Shown here: piece by piece, positions 1 to 12,030 of the stretch
Layout: every line of letters starts with the position of its first letter
Numbering within the stretch: position 1 is the first letter of the stretch
The notes under the pieces: model-generated
What the model was told of the DNA's origin: nothing
The model's database searches: none
The model's input: the letters and a program-made list of their open reading frames with translations, nothing else
Source of the DNA: Lepidodermella squamata
Lineage: Eukaryota; Animalia; Gastrotricha
Reading direction: 5' to 3'
DNA length: 64,000 bases
NCBI GenBank assembly: GCA_047495785.1
Contig: JBLDXI010000031.1
Location: 806,001 to 870,000 of the forward strand
Translations under genes and position numbers: made by a program

Positions 1-129
1 ATCGCACCCTGGACTACAATTTCACGAGGACTGCTGTTACTGGTACATGGCAGACAATGTTACTTATTTGGCCTTTTACAGAGCAGCATGAAATGACCTT
101 GAGCGTTAACTCGATCTCTTCAATCAGCC

Positions 130-229
130 GCTCCAGTTGCATAGTTGGTTAGTGCGTCGTACTTATAAGCAGTACTTGATTGTACGCTGAGTTATGCGAA
201 GGTCGCGAGTTCGAGCCTCGCCTGGAGCA
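130..229 (+). tRNA. tRNA-Ile: tRNA-Ile (anticodon UAU) with 26-nt intron (168-193)
   Basis: GCTCCAG...CTGGAGCA acceptor stem; anticodon arm TCGTA-CT-TAT-A/intron/A-TGCGA; T-arm GTTCGAGCC; downstream T-run (Pol III terminator). Matches the eukaryotic intron-containing Ile-TAT pattern. Confidence 0.95.
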
Positions 230-385
230 ATGTTTTTTTTAAACCTAACCCACTCAAAGTCACGCAAAATCCTCAAAAAATAACAAAAGCACCTGAATTT
301 GTTTGTTTGCTATGAATAAACATTCACCTTAGGTGCATTGACTCACTAAGGTTCTCCGCGATTTTTCGGTTCATTCTATCAAGTG

Positions 386-1708
386 ATGAGGTTTTATCTA
401 GCCGCAGCTTTTATAGCCGTTTCTACGGTTCATGGGCAACAATTTGCTCCGTCCGGGCCGAATAAGCCCAATTTCATCGTTTTGGGCTGGTGGAACTATA
501 GCGGTAACCCAGCCACCCCTCCGGACCCGGTTTTCTCAGGCTGGCCAAAGTACAACCTATCAGACTACCAACCCGAACCTAGCCAAGTCCAATTGCAATC
601 AAATTTCGCCATAAACCGCTTTTTAGGGCTTTGGTACGAGCTGTATCGAACTCGTTCATACCCTTATGAAGGAACTTTAGGCACTGAAGTCGGATCGTTC
701 TACTTCAAGAATGCTGACGACTCAATCGGCATAGCAAATCGACAATGGCTGGCTGGTGAAGGGAAATGGCGAGTTGACCAGGGTGTCGGGAGGATCGTAG
801 AAAATGCTAGAATGGCTACCCAATTCAACCCTTGGACACCTCCTGGGGATTACCGAGTCCTTTCAACAGACTACCTATCAACTGCTGTGATTTACAGTGA
901 AGGGACTTTCAACAATCTGAAGAGGAGGTTTTGCTGGATATTAGCTAGGACAACTGCTCTTGAGGAAGAAACTATCAATCAGACGTTTGCCTTGATTCAG
1001 GAAAGAGTCAATTTCACGAGAAGTGACTTCGTCAAAATGAAGCATGGGATCGCGCCGAAATCTGCCCTTAACATTCTCCCAACTGGTATGCCTATGGCTA
1101 TGACAACTTCATCCACGACTCCCCCATCGCCAGGTAATTTTTTGAATGAAAACTGATGGTTTCCAAATAACCTTCTTGAGTCTACAGGGGCTTCCGATCC
1201 TAAGTTGAAGAAATGCAACTACAGACTCCCTCCAGGTGGCACTTGCTTCAACACAGGTCCTTACATTGTCTACGACAGTGCCGAGAAGATGTGTGTAGCT
1301 CAGGCCTATGACTGCAGCAACGACATTCGATCCGCAGCTTTCTCTTCATTTGAAGACTGCCTGAAAACTTGTAACGTCACATCACCGACTACGACAACAA
1401 TGGTAACGCCAGATTTGAGGGCCATCATGCAGTTTTTCGAGCGAGGACTGCCGGCTAATATGACAGGAGGCCTGCCAGCGCTCTTGCGCCAGATGGGTTC
1501 AAGAAATGGTTCCCTGCCGAATCTCGGAATGACGGGCAGAAATTTGCCGTTTAACCTGTCGAATTTGCCGAGATTGCTGCCATTCGCTAATATGGTCCAA
1601 CAAACTGTTGAGCAAACAACAACTCCTGCAAGTGAAACCACGACCGGTCAGTCGTCGGTCGCTGATACAACAGTAGCTCCTTCGCCGCCTCCTATGATGA
1701 GGATGTAG
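386..1708 (+). CDS. Secreted lipocalin (ApoD/Blc-like) fused to a Kunitz-like domain and a low-complexity tail; exons 386-1133, 1188-1708
   Basis: Signal peptide; lipocalin motifs GLWYELYR, DYRVLSTDY, WILAR; GT..AG intron 1134-1187 joins in frame to a six-Cys segment C-x9-C-x15-C-x6-C-x14-C-x3-C ending FSSFEDCLKTC. Confidence 0.85.
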
Positions 1709-1962
1709 ATTTTTGACCTAAAACATAGAGACATTTTTTCGGTGAAAAATTATTTTAGTCTTTGTTTCTAGACCATTCGCAGTTAGCCAGCCTATTTTTC
1801 CCACCCAGTTCAGTATAATAAAATTTATTGATGATACGCCAAAAATAACGGAGGATGATAAGCCTGGGAATGATATCATATGGTTCTATAATCAGACCAT
1901 TTGTGCCGGCGTACATGAGAACCAGGTCAGCCGTTAATTGCTGTTGGCCAAAATTAGATAGA

Positions 1963-1977
1963 AGAATGTTCCAGAAG
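1963..1977. promoter_or_regulatory. Heat-shock element upstream of lipocalin 2
   Basis: AGAATGTTCCAGAAG = nGAAnnTTCnnGAAn, about 180 bp before the ATG; same core upstream of lipocalin 3. Confidence 0.6.
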
Positions 1978-2140
1978 GAGGAACTGCACCTATATGCAGC
2001 TATGGGCTTGAAAACGAGGCTAACTAGCCCAATAAAGCAAACCAAAGTCCAGGTGGACACTCCCACGATTCACGGTATTTAAGGGCAGCTATTGCATCGA
2101 AATAATCATTCCAAGTCGAAAAGCCAAATATTCTCTAAAC

Positions 2141-2707
2141 ATGCAATACCAAGCTGTTCTCCTCGCCGTTCTGCCGATCCTTGCCTCGGCCAATGTCATC
2201 TCGATGGCTGCGGACAAACCCGACCCACCACTCCAGCCCGACTTCGACCTGACCCAATACACCGGCAAATGGTTCGAGCTCTACCGCACCAAGTTCATGC
2301 CATGGGAATCCAACACCGCAACCGATATCAACGCTGTCTATGGAGCTAATGCTGATGGCACTGTCTCAGTCGTCAACTCGATGTGGGAGCCTGCGCCGAA
2401 GAACCGATGGGAGGTTGCCTATGCCACGGCAACTGTCGTCGGAAACGCCCATCTCGCCGTTCAGTTCTTCCCGGACGCGCCGGCTGGTGACTACCGTGTT
2501 CTGTACACCGACTACAGCGGTATTTCAGTTGTCTACAGCAAGTCGACCACCCTCGGCCGCACTATTGAATTCGGCTGGATCCTGTCCCGCTCTACCAAAG
2601 TTGATCAGTCTGTTATTGACAATGCGTTCAAGCTTTTCGAGGATCTGACCGACCTGAGCCGCGACAACTTCAGGAAGACACCCCACGGCATTGCCCCTCC
2701 TCAGTAA
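2141..2707 (+). CDS. Intronless secreted lipocalin (ApoD/Blc-like), cysteine-free
   Basis: Signal peptide; FDLTQYTGKWFELYR (SCR1), GDYRVLYTDY (SCR2), GWILSR (SCR3); AATAAA near 2766. Confidence 0.93.
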   Translation: MQYQAVLLAVLPILASANVISMAADKPDPPLQPDFDLTQYTGKWFELYRTKFMPWESNTATDINAVYGANADGTVSVVNSMWEPAPKNRWEVAYATATVVGNAHLAVQFFPDAPAGDYRVLYTDYSGISVVYSKSTTLGRTIEFGWILSRSTKVDQSVIDNAFKLFEDLTDLSRDNFRKTPHGIAPPQ

Positions 2708-3973
2708 ACCAGTTCGATTTTTCCGCTGAAACTTTTCATAATTTCTGTTATAATGGTATCGGTTAAATAAAAAAGGATCCTTCGAATCATAAGTGTTTTC
2801 ATGACTCAAGGGCAGCTTGCAAAATAGGATCCCTGCGCTGATGTGTTTTCTAGCATCCAGTCAGAGAACCCAAAGGGCCCCCAGTGGTTTTTCAGCCATC
2901 CTCTGCCGAAAATGACCTCTGGTTCGAGGATCCCACTTCGCGCACTGGTCTCGAAGCTGGCGAGTCGCAAGAACCGAAATATCCGACTCGAAAACGCAAG
3001 CAATAACATAGATTTCAATGTCCAGTTACCCAGAGTTAAATTCACTGACTACTGAATTTGTCTAAGATCAAAACTTAGCTGATATGTCGGAATAGCAGTC
3101 TGAATGTGGTGTCAAGGTTTCAGAAAATAACCGTACGACTTCCCAATGTCTTGAAACAGCAGACCGCGCCATAACAAGTACATAAATCACCAAAAACAGT
3201 AAACGCGACAAAACAGCACATTTTTCAACTTGCGGCAAAACAGCAAAAATTGGATGATCTGATTTGTCGCGAAATAAAAAAGTTGCCGTTTTGTCGCATT
3301 CGATGTTCTGCGCAGCTGCTGATGTGTCGCGAAATCGCACACTGAATTACTCATTGCGCATTCTTTGGCTTGTCTATTCATGTTTATGAGATAATTACTC
3401 ATGGAACATAACATGGTATCAGTTTCATGTTTTAAAAGAACATTCAGGATTACTCGTCAAAAGCTGCGAACTGTAGAAGCGGGACCCTTCTACCAGCATT
3501 ACACTGGCAGAAATGAAACTGCATTACTCTCAGATGCTTAACTTTTGCAGTCGCATTTCATTCTTTAATTCATTATTTTGAGGACAATGATGAATGGAAT
3601 ACTCGGACACTAGTTGCTGGAAATCAAAAGGTTCTGGATCGGTAATAGCGTAAAAAAGGCTCCACCTTAAAATAATGTTGCTGTACTTTCAACTTGCTCG
3701 AAATGAATCTGTATTCCGACAGGTATGTCCAATTTAATTATTCATTGACCTGGAAAAATTTCGTTTAGTATACTAAGCTGTCAGAAATTAGGCAATATTG
3801 TTTTCTTTATTCCAAAGATTAGCAATGTTATAAAGATAAGGCCTGCACTGAAAGCTAAGCGACAAAATGTCTTAGCCGCTCGAGCATGGCTGTGTAAACA
3901 GCCAAAGTAAAGGCAAAAACTGTCCGCGCTAACAAGGCCAGGCTTAGCTTATCACCGTCGTGTTGCTAGCCAA

Positions 3974-3988
3974 AGAATGTTCCAGAAA
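3974..3988. promoter_or_regulatory. Heat-shock element upstream of lipocalin 3
   Basis: AGAATGTTCCAGAAA = nGAAnnTTCnnGAAn, about 200 bp before the ATG. Confidence 0.6.
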
Positions 3989-4108
3989 AAAATGAATCAA
4001 TTAGCCGCTGAAAACAGTGTCTTTGAGCTAGAAAACGAGGCTAATCAGCTTGGATAAATAAATAAAGTCAACGCAGCTGTAACTAAAAGGTTCACACGCA
4101 CATTACGG

Positions 4109-4150
4109 TATATAAAGACCCGGATTTCCCTGTTATAATTTCATTCAGTG
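4109..4150 (+). promoter_or_regulatory. TATA box and initiator-like element of lipocalin 3
   Basis: TATATAAA at 4109-4116 and TCATTCAGT about 30 bp downstream, shortly before ATG 4173. Confidence 0.6.
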
Positions 4151-4172
4151 TCAAAAACCGAAATACCTAACA

Positions 4173-4742
4173 ATGCAATACCAAGCTGTTCTCCTCGCCG
4201 TTCTGCCGATCCTAGCCTCGGCTAATGTGATTTCGATCTTCAAGGATAAGCCCGACCCACCCCTCCAGCCCGACTTCGATCTGGCCAAATACACCGGCAA
4301 ATGGTTCGAGCTCTACCGCACAAAGTTCATGCCTTTCGAATCTAACACCGCAACTGATGTCAACGCCGTCTATGGCGCTAATGCTGATGGAACCGTCTCA
4401 GTCACCAACTCCATGTGGGAGCCCGCGCCCAAGAACCAATGGGAAGTTGCCCATGCGACTGCCACTGTTGTCTCGAACGCTCGTCTTGCCGTTAAATTCT
4501 TCCCCTTCGCCCCGGCTGGTGATTACCGTGTCTTGTACACTGACTACACTGGCATCGCTGTAGTCTACAGCAAGTCGACCACCCTTGGTATCACCACCGA
4601 GTTCGGCTGGATCTTGTCGCGTACTACCAAGGTTGATCAGTCTGTCATCAACATGGCGTTCGATCTGTTCGAGAAAGTCACTGACCTGGAGCGTACCGAG
4701 TTTAAGGAAACCAAGCACGGCATTGCTCCTCCTCAGCAGTAA
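4173..4742 (+). CDS. Intronless secreted lipocalin, close paralogue of 2141-2707
   Basis: Same three lipocalin motifs; identical signal peptide; AATAAA near 4804. Confidence 0.93.
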   Translation: MQYQAVLLAVLPILASANVISIFKDKPDPPLQPDFDLAKYTGKWFELYRTKFMPFESNTATDVNAVYGANADGTVSVTNSMWEPAPKNQWEVAHATATVVSNARLAVKFFPFAPAGDYRVLYTDYTGIAVVYSKSTTLGITTEFGWILSRTTKVDQSVINMAFDLFEKVTDLERTEFKETKHGIAPPQQ

Positions 4743-5465
4743 ATCAAGTATTTTCAGGAAAGCTTGCGAAAACTTATAAAGATCTATTCTGTACTATCGG
4801 TGAAATAAATCTTCGAGTTCTCATCAGTTCCTCGTAATTATTTGTTGGCTTCGTTTTAGAAATGATGGACTGGTCAGACTGGCATTCTCTGACATTTTGT
4901 GTAAAGGAAGGGTTTCAGCTCCTGCAGCGCCCATGTGTATTATTAATAGGTTGATTGAAAGGCTTTACAGCAAATTGGACGATATTGCCTGTGAATGACA
5001 GTAGGAATTTACTCCTTTTGAAATTAGCGCAACTATTAAGATAAGGTCAACAACATCAGGGAACAGGAAGAACAGCTTCAGCAGCGGGAGGATTGCAAAG
5101 TTTATAACTATTATCTTGCAATCCTTTAATTTGACGTTTTATGAAAACGGGGATCATAAAAAACCGCGGAAACACATAACACATCATGAACCTTTCATGA
5201 ACCCGGTAAAATTTCGAAAACATAGTTACTCACCTAGGTCCGCCTTGAAAAACTGAATTTGATTAACTGGGAGAGTCACTTTTAAAAATAGTGCATCTAC
5301 ATGTCGCTTTCAATTTTCTAATACTTTTCCAGGCGATATAAGCCTTTCAACCGATACATATCAGGGTCGAGCGAAAAGGACTCTACAATTTACAAATCTA
5401 CTTCATAGCCTGTTTATTAACATTCATCCGCGCATTAGTTATTATCAAGCCTTGACGCATTTAGT

Positions 5466-8400
5466 TCAACAAAATCGCATTCTTCTCAAAGCTTTCCAGT
5501 TAATCCAAGAGCCACGTTTATTTCGCAGTTTCGCAGCCTTTTCTGCGGCCACTATGATTTCATTTGTTTTTAGGACACTTTCATTTGTCGAATATGCCGA
5601 TGTGTACCTCGAAGGTGTTCGATCATCATTATCTTTTGCCAGAACATCAGCTTTGAATTCTTGAACTAACATGGTCACAACTTCTGCATGACTCTTAGCA
5701 GCTGCAAAATGCAATGGAGTCTTGCCCTTATAATCCTTGGCGTCAACCTTTGCACCATATTCTCGAATCAGGATGTTGACAACTTCGACGTGACCACCTT
5801 CAGCTGCGTAGTGCAAAGCAGTCCGGCTATTAACATCCGCAACGTCAACTTTTGCACTATGATCTCGAATTAACAGGTTGATAACTTCAGCATTACCAAC
5901 CTCAGCTGCGTAGTGCAAAGGGGTCTTGCCGCTTTTACACTTGGCATCAACTTTTGCACTATGATCTCGAATTAGCAGGTTGACAACTTCAGTATTACCA
6001 ACATCAGCTGCGTAGTGCAAAGGGGTCTTGCCGCTTTTACACTTGGCGTCAACTTTTGCCCCATAATCTCGAATCAGCAGGTTGACTACTTCTGCATGAC
6101 CACCTATAGCAGCGTAGTGCAAAGGTACCAAGCCGCCGTCACATTTGGCATGAGCGTCTGCATCGAACTCTCGAATCAGCAGGTTAACAACTTCTGTGAG
6201 GCCAAAATTAGCTGCGAGGTGCAAAGGTTCCCGTCCGATATAATCTGAGGCGTCTACTTTTGCTCCAAAATCACGAATCAGCATGCTTACAACTTCTGCA
6301 TGGCCATTGCCAGCTGCAAAGTGCAAAGGGGTATATTCGGCTAGTTGCTTAGGTTCAACATTTGCACCAAACTCGCCAATCAGCAGTTTAACAACTCCTG
6401 CATGACCACGACTAGCGGCATAGTGCAAAGGGGTATCGCCTTCTATTTTACTAGCGGCGTTAACATTTGCATGAAAGTCTCGAAGCAGCAGGCTCGCAAC
6501 TTCTGCATGGCCCGCAATAGCTGCGTCGTGCAAAGGGGTCAAGTCGTTACAATCCGTGACGTCAGCATTTGCACCAAAATCCCGAATCAACAGGTTTACA
6601 ATTTCTGCATGGCCATTCTTAGCTGCGTAGTGTAATGGACTCGCCCACCTATTATCCCTGGCGTTATTTGGATTCTCGCCGTAATCTTGGAGCAGGTCTC
6701 TCGGTTTCTCGCGGTAATTTTGTAACAGGCCTCTAAGAATTTCCGTGTTACCACACGCTGCAGCAATATGGAGATCGATCGTTCTAAAATTTTCCTGTTT
6801 TTTACTCTCTCCGCTGAGTTTAAGCAAGAGCATTGAGCCTCGATAATCTCCTTCTCCACAGTGCAAGTTGAACAATTGTAGATAGGTGCTGCTTTCTTGG
6901 CTGCTTTCTTGGCTGCCTTCTTGGCTGCCTTCTTGGCTGCTTTCACTTCGACGAAGCTTGGAATTCAGAAATTACCGATTAGGTTATTGAGATTATTTTT
7001 TTATCTGAATGAAGCTTTGAGAGAGGAGTTTCTAAATACCGATGATAGCGAATACGTGCCCACAGAAAATTCCTCAAAATAAACTACCCTCCCCCATTTG
7101 ACGTAGATAGGACGCGAGAGGTTTTCGGACACGAGAAGCTGAAGTCAGACTAATAAAAACGCAAGGTTCATCGTTTCAAATTTAATGAGATGAACCATGA
7201 CATTATATTCCACTCAACTATTTCTTGTGATTTCTGTGTACTAATGCAATTGCTACCATTTTATCAGCTGAATTCATCTTTGAAGATGCATCTCCTCTTT
7301 GTAGCGTCTCGGAAACCGCGCCAAGTCACTACTTTTTGCGATCTTTGAAACTTGAACTAATTAATAATTTGAAATTCTATAATTTCAATTATTAAACAAC
7401 TGAGCTCCGTGATTTAGTTTTTAGTGCAAAATATTCAGAATATTTGTCAGCAAAAAAGTGAACTGTCTTCTGTTTGCCGGCGGGCACTTAGTGCGGCGTT
7501 CTATCTACGTCACATGCCCTCCCCCACAGCCTGACATTTTTTTGAAGCCGTTCCTTTGATGGGCAGTCCCATTCGTAAATCTCGGCCGGGTCCGTTCAGA
7601 TAATAGACTTTTTACTCGAGTTGTGTCATAAAAATATGCTGCAACAGTAGTAAAGAGTTGATGTATCTGAACGGTGCTGGCCGAGATCTATGAATCGACA
7701 CGAGTCGGAGACGTGAGGAGATGAGTGAATCAAGTATATATCGAGTATAATATGTGAAAAATTTTCTTACGTATATTTCTATTTTAACAAGTAGTAGCAT
7801 CTCCTCTGGCCAATAAGCCTTTTCTAGCAATTCTGCAGCAGATGGCCGCCGTCCTTGTTCATCATCAAGCTGCCTGTGGGGAGAGCTCATCATCGAGTTC
7901 ACGAAATCTCTGCATCGCTGCGAATATCCTCGTGATTCGTCGTGTGGTCTTTTCCAAAATAAGAAGGATCAGCGATATATATTTTGGGCTAATCATTACA
8001 ACCACTCACAATATCGATGACCAATCAACCCACTCTGGCTTTGTGAACTAAAGGAAGAAAAATTCGTATAACGCATAGGCTACTATAATTCAGCTTCTTT
8101 CGTTCAAAAATTACTGGCTTCTTGCCGTTAGCAATTTCGTACAGCGTAACCCCCAAGGACCAAATATCTGTCCTCGCTGTATAATTGCGGTAAACCCACA
8201 GATCAGGCGACATGTACTCCTTCGTACCAAGGACAAACTCGTCATCGCCTTCGTCTACCCTGCTCAAAGCCAAAAGATGAGTTGAGGAGTATAGTTTGAT
8301 TGCGAAACTTATACCGATCCAAGCTTTTGACCAGCCCAAATCCACCTAATTTCAACCATTTTCTGTCTTCGCTGATGTAGATATTTCGCGGCGTGATGTC

Positions 8401-8999
8401 TCGGTGGACAATGTCCTTCTTATGGAGGTAATTGACTGCGAGTAGCAGCTGATTAACCCATTCGATGAACTGTGTTTCAGGTATGTTAGCTGTGTCCGGG
8501 CTGCGAATGTAGCTCTCAAGAGTTCCCCCAGGACAATGCTCCATGACAACATAGTACATTTCGCAATCGGAATTATCTGGATTCGTGCCTTTGTACGTTT
8601 CTAATGGAATGTAACATTGTATAATATTGTAACAAGTTCAAAAATATTGGCACCTTTGAATGCTCCATATATCCGAACTATCAGGGGATGATTAATCTTC
8701 ATCAACTTGGCGTGCTATTGTTGCGCGAACAATCATAGAAAGTTTTAAAGTAAAGGAAATAGAGGTATTACATCTCGTAAGCTCATTTCGATAACCGTTT
8801 CCACTTGTCCACATTTGTTGTATCGTTGATCTTCTTTAAGCCTGGTCAAATTGATCTCTTTCGCGACGTAAAGCTGAGGAGAATCGACCTTTCGAACTAG
8901 AAACGCTTCCCCGTATACACCAGCTCGACCCAGGTTTTCGGCTATGCTGAATTCGCTGGAAGAAGTAAATTCAACAATTTTTATAGCACCCTCCATCAT
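5466..8999 (-). CDS. Multi-exon NEK-like (pseudo)kinase fused to C-terminal ankyrin repeats (copy 1)
   Basis: Kinase exons 8999-~7770 (LGRAGVYG, VAKE, HRDITPRN, KLGGFG, GTKEYMSPD, DIWSLG, RRPSAAELL) separated by short GT-AG introns. The last exon (~6957-5466) carries an ESSQ/EGSQ 12-bp repeat, then about 11 ankyrin repeats. The kinase-ankyrin link is inferred from copy 2, where the homologous exon (LNSHC..GSMLLLK) directly follows the kinase. Confidence 0.75.
6888..6944. repeat. 12-bp tandem repeat (GCTGCYTTCTTG)x~4.5, coding ESSQ/EGSQ on the minus strand
   Basis: Directly visible; in frame with the ankyrin ORF. Confidence 0.9.
7095..7516. mobile_element. hAT-like MITE in an intron of kinase-ankyrin copy 1
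   Basis: 21-bp TIRs CATTTGACGTAGATAGGACGC / CATGTGACGTAGATAGAACGC (19/21); 8-bp TSD CCCTCCCC at 7087-7094 and 7517-7524; no ORF. Confidence 0.85.
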
Positions 9000-9266
9000 T
9001 AAGAATTAAGAAATATGTGCAGGAAATGACCAAGACACAGAATGCGAAACGAAAACAATAATTGTCTGGTCTATCTTGTACGGGAACAGATAATTTCACT
9101 AAATTATCTCGTTTGATAATGTATTCATTTTACTGCAAATTTCCTACTTATTCTTTTCGACTGAGAACATGATATAGAGAAACAAACAGGCGAAGGGAGT
9201 TAAGCTTGTGGGTTGGTTTGATAAGTGCCGTAATTGTCGTTGATAAGTCCCGTCCGGCCCCAAGCG

Positions 9267-11386
9267 TCAGTCGTTATCAGTCGTAAAAATGAACTTTTGC
9301 GCGAACGCTGAGACGAAACTGTCACAGGATTCTCGCAACTGTATCAAAGTCATAACCGGCTTATTGATAACTAACCAAATGATGAGATAAATTGATATCA
9401 CGATTGCTGATACTGAAAATGCGATCTTAGTCATTGAAATGCGATAAGCAGGCGATAAACTGTTGTTCAAAACAAAAGTACTAGGGGCTCGGTATCTGAA
9501 TGCTCGTCCATTTCCCATTGAAGATCGCCGCCTCGAATGGCTGCTTCTCGTCCTCAAAATAGTGCCTACTCGAGTTTGCAATGGCAAAACTGTTTTGAAA
9601 TCCTTACGACGCTGGCTAAAACTCTTGTTGTAGAAGGCTAGATTCGAAATCAATCCTGATTGGACAAAGGAAAACCCAATAGACATGAACATTCTTTGAG
9701 CATTGCAGGTTGAATCGCTGATCGAAGTAATGTCCGACGGAAGGGAAAAGTTGATAGCTGAAAAACTAAGACAAATGGAACTCGGCAATACCAGAGCCAA
9801 TCCATAGGGGAATTGAGTGGATCCCATCAATTTTGTTTGCATTAATAACTTCACAAGGTAAAACAGATCAAAAAGTCCCACTATGCCACTGATTGAAGTG
9901 ATGGCAAAGAAAAAGCCATGGCTAATAAAAATATTGACATTTTGCACAGCCTTCCTATCTCGAGGAGGTTTCCTCATCATCCATCTTGGTGCAGCAAGAT
10001 TTCTCATTGAATAACTCGAGTAGTTATAAATTGGAAGACCTGGTTTCAAGTTGAACCAGTTCAAAACAACTCGACCTAATTCCGGGGTCCATTGAACAGC
10101 TACAAAACTGTCGTAATCTAGCTCAGAGCCTGAATATTGGAATCTGCCGATTCGAAGTCCGCTGAAGTTAGCACTGGCCATGCTATAATTGACCGCATTC
10201 GATATGTCCAGAGGTTGAGTCCTAAATTTATCGAGGCTCAACAGGCGAGAGTTGAGAATTCTCTCCGCTTTATCAAGGCCTAAAACTGCGGAGAGAGTCG
10301 CGTCATAACACAGAACTCTTTTATCATAGTCCGCAGGTCTCGTAAAGTTCATCTTGACATTGAAAGTATTCTCGAATTGATAGAGGTCGTGACCAATCGT
10401 TGATACAACAGACGAGTCAGCATTAAAAGACGACCAAGCTATCCAAAACGTAGATCTGAGCTGTTCAAATATCTCTTCTCTCTTACAGCCAGCAACATTG
10501 GGCGCCATAGCTGGTGGTTCGAAATAGGAACCGTAGAACAAAATGAATACGTGCTTCCCACCCGTCATTCCGAATTTGTAGCTTTGGCATAGGAATTTCA
10601 AGATGAGTGGTGGAATGGTGAAATCGATTACAATCACCCTAGTATCAGAGTCTTTCAGCGACTGCATGGTCGAGTCGTCTATATCGGGGACACAATCGAA
10701 AAACGACACCTCGAATCCGTTCTTCTCAGCTTCTTTCAGGAGGAATGTGGCTAGTGTGTAATCGAAAACATTGCCTGCATTCGTTAGTATACCGAATCGA
10801 TTCCACTTGCCGATATTCCGAATGAAGTGCAGCTTGGGGTAAGCAACTAGTTCGCCAGTGATCCTGGATCTGTACAGGTTAGGATACAGCCGTCGATTAG
10901 CTGGTGGGAATGGGGAGCTGCAGCCTTCACTCAGCGTTACCCTGTTGAAATGATGGATGTAACTGGCCACCGCCCTGCAGCCTCCTGAGAAGAAAGGCCC
11001 CATCATTAAGGGTGATGGAAACACGTGAGAGCTGCCATTTAGTGTTTCAGCGTATTCGAGATACTCAGTGAGTCTTCGAGTGGCTTGCAAGCTACCGCCA
11101 CCCTCATCTCTGTATAAGGGTTCGATGTAGTAATCAGGCAAGATGTCATTTCTAGCATTGACGGTGTCGAAGACGATATCAGAAGCAGCGCGGCATGCGG
11201 CACCTGAAATCACCTACTTCAACATATTATATTTCTAGCAATTAAAACATTACCATTTCTCGGTTCATCACCCGTTATCGGCAAAAGAACGAGAACAGAG
11301 AGTGTTTTGCTTTTCATAGCTTGACATGAAATTGCGACCAGCAGCAAGCATGGGAAGCAACATTTGACGCTGGCAATAAGCCTCAT
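9267..11386 (-). CDS. GABA-B-like class C GPCR (Venus flytrap plus TM), apparently ending after TM4; intron 11204-11253
   Basis: Signal peptide; LLPITG..AAC..A...VN.R.DILP.Y, GPFFSGGC, YPNLYRS, W.RFGI, CYDA motifs; no cysteine-rich domain; four hydrophobic helices then a stop. Confidence 0.8.
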
Positions 11387-12030
11387 GGTTTTCGTGAGAT
11401 TAGCAACTGCGGCGATGAGAATTTCCTTCGATTATGAAGCAATGTCTATTTACTGCATCAGTGTTATTGACATCAAAACAAGGCACTGCAATTTTCCTAA
11501 TGCTTCTTAAAAAGGGTGATGATGAATTAATCTTGGAATAGTCATGTTCCTGATCCAGCCAGGACCCAGGACATTTATGACGCCAACAAATCGATCAAGC
11601 TAATTACGGGGAAGCGAGCCCGTAAAATTCATAACAGACAAGACGTTTATCTTCCTTTTAGGGTAATCAGAACCGTGTAATACGACGAATCTTCGATCAT
11701 ATCAATGAACAAAACATTTTTTATTGACGATTTCGACGAAATGGCAAAATTTATGTCCGCAACGGAGCATTCAAAATGTTAAATAGATAGCCGCGAATCG
11801 CCTAGCATTTATTTTTCATTGCCTGTGATATTGAGCTGACGTGATTGGTTTGTAATCATCGCCCCTTCGATTACATTACGAATTCATTGCGAAATTGTTC
11901 ACTTGGAAGGACCTTTCTTAAGGAGAACTTAACTGCATTTCAAAAGACAAAACCTCTGTCCGTAACAGTGGAATCGCACATCTTCATCTTTGAATCCAAG
12001 AATATAGCTGCATGTAACTTTAATTCATGC

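Noticed and set aside
1-91. Possible 3' end of a CDS (…HEDCCYWYMADNVTYLAFYRAA-stop)
   Set aside because: Too short and truncated by the window edge; no recognisable motif.
3197-3344. Cluster of direct and inverted GCGACAAAACAGCA-like motifs, possible MITE
   Set aside because: No clean TIR pair or TSD could be defined.
6596-6946. ORF starting MKAAKKAAKKAAKK resembling histone H1 tails
   Set aside because: Alternative frame of a 12-bp repeat; the frame continuous with the ankyrin ORF reads ESSQEGSQ.
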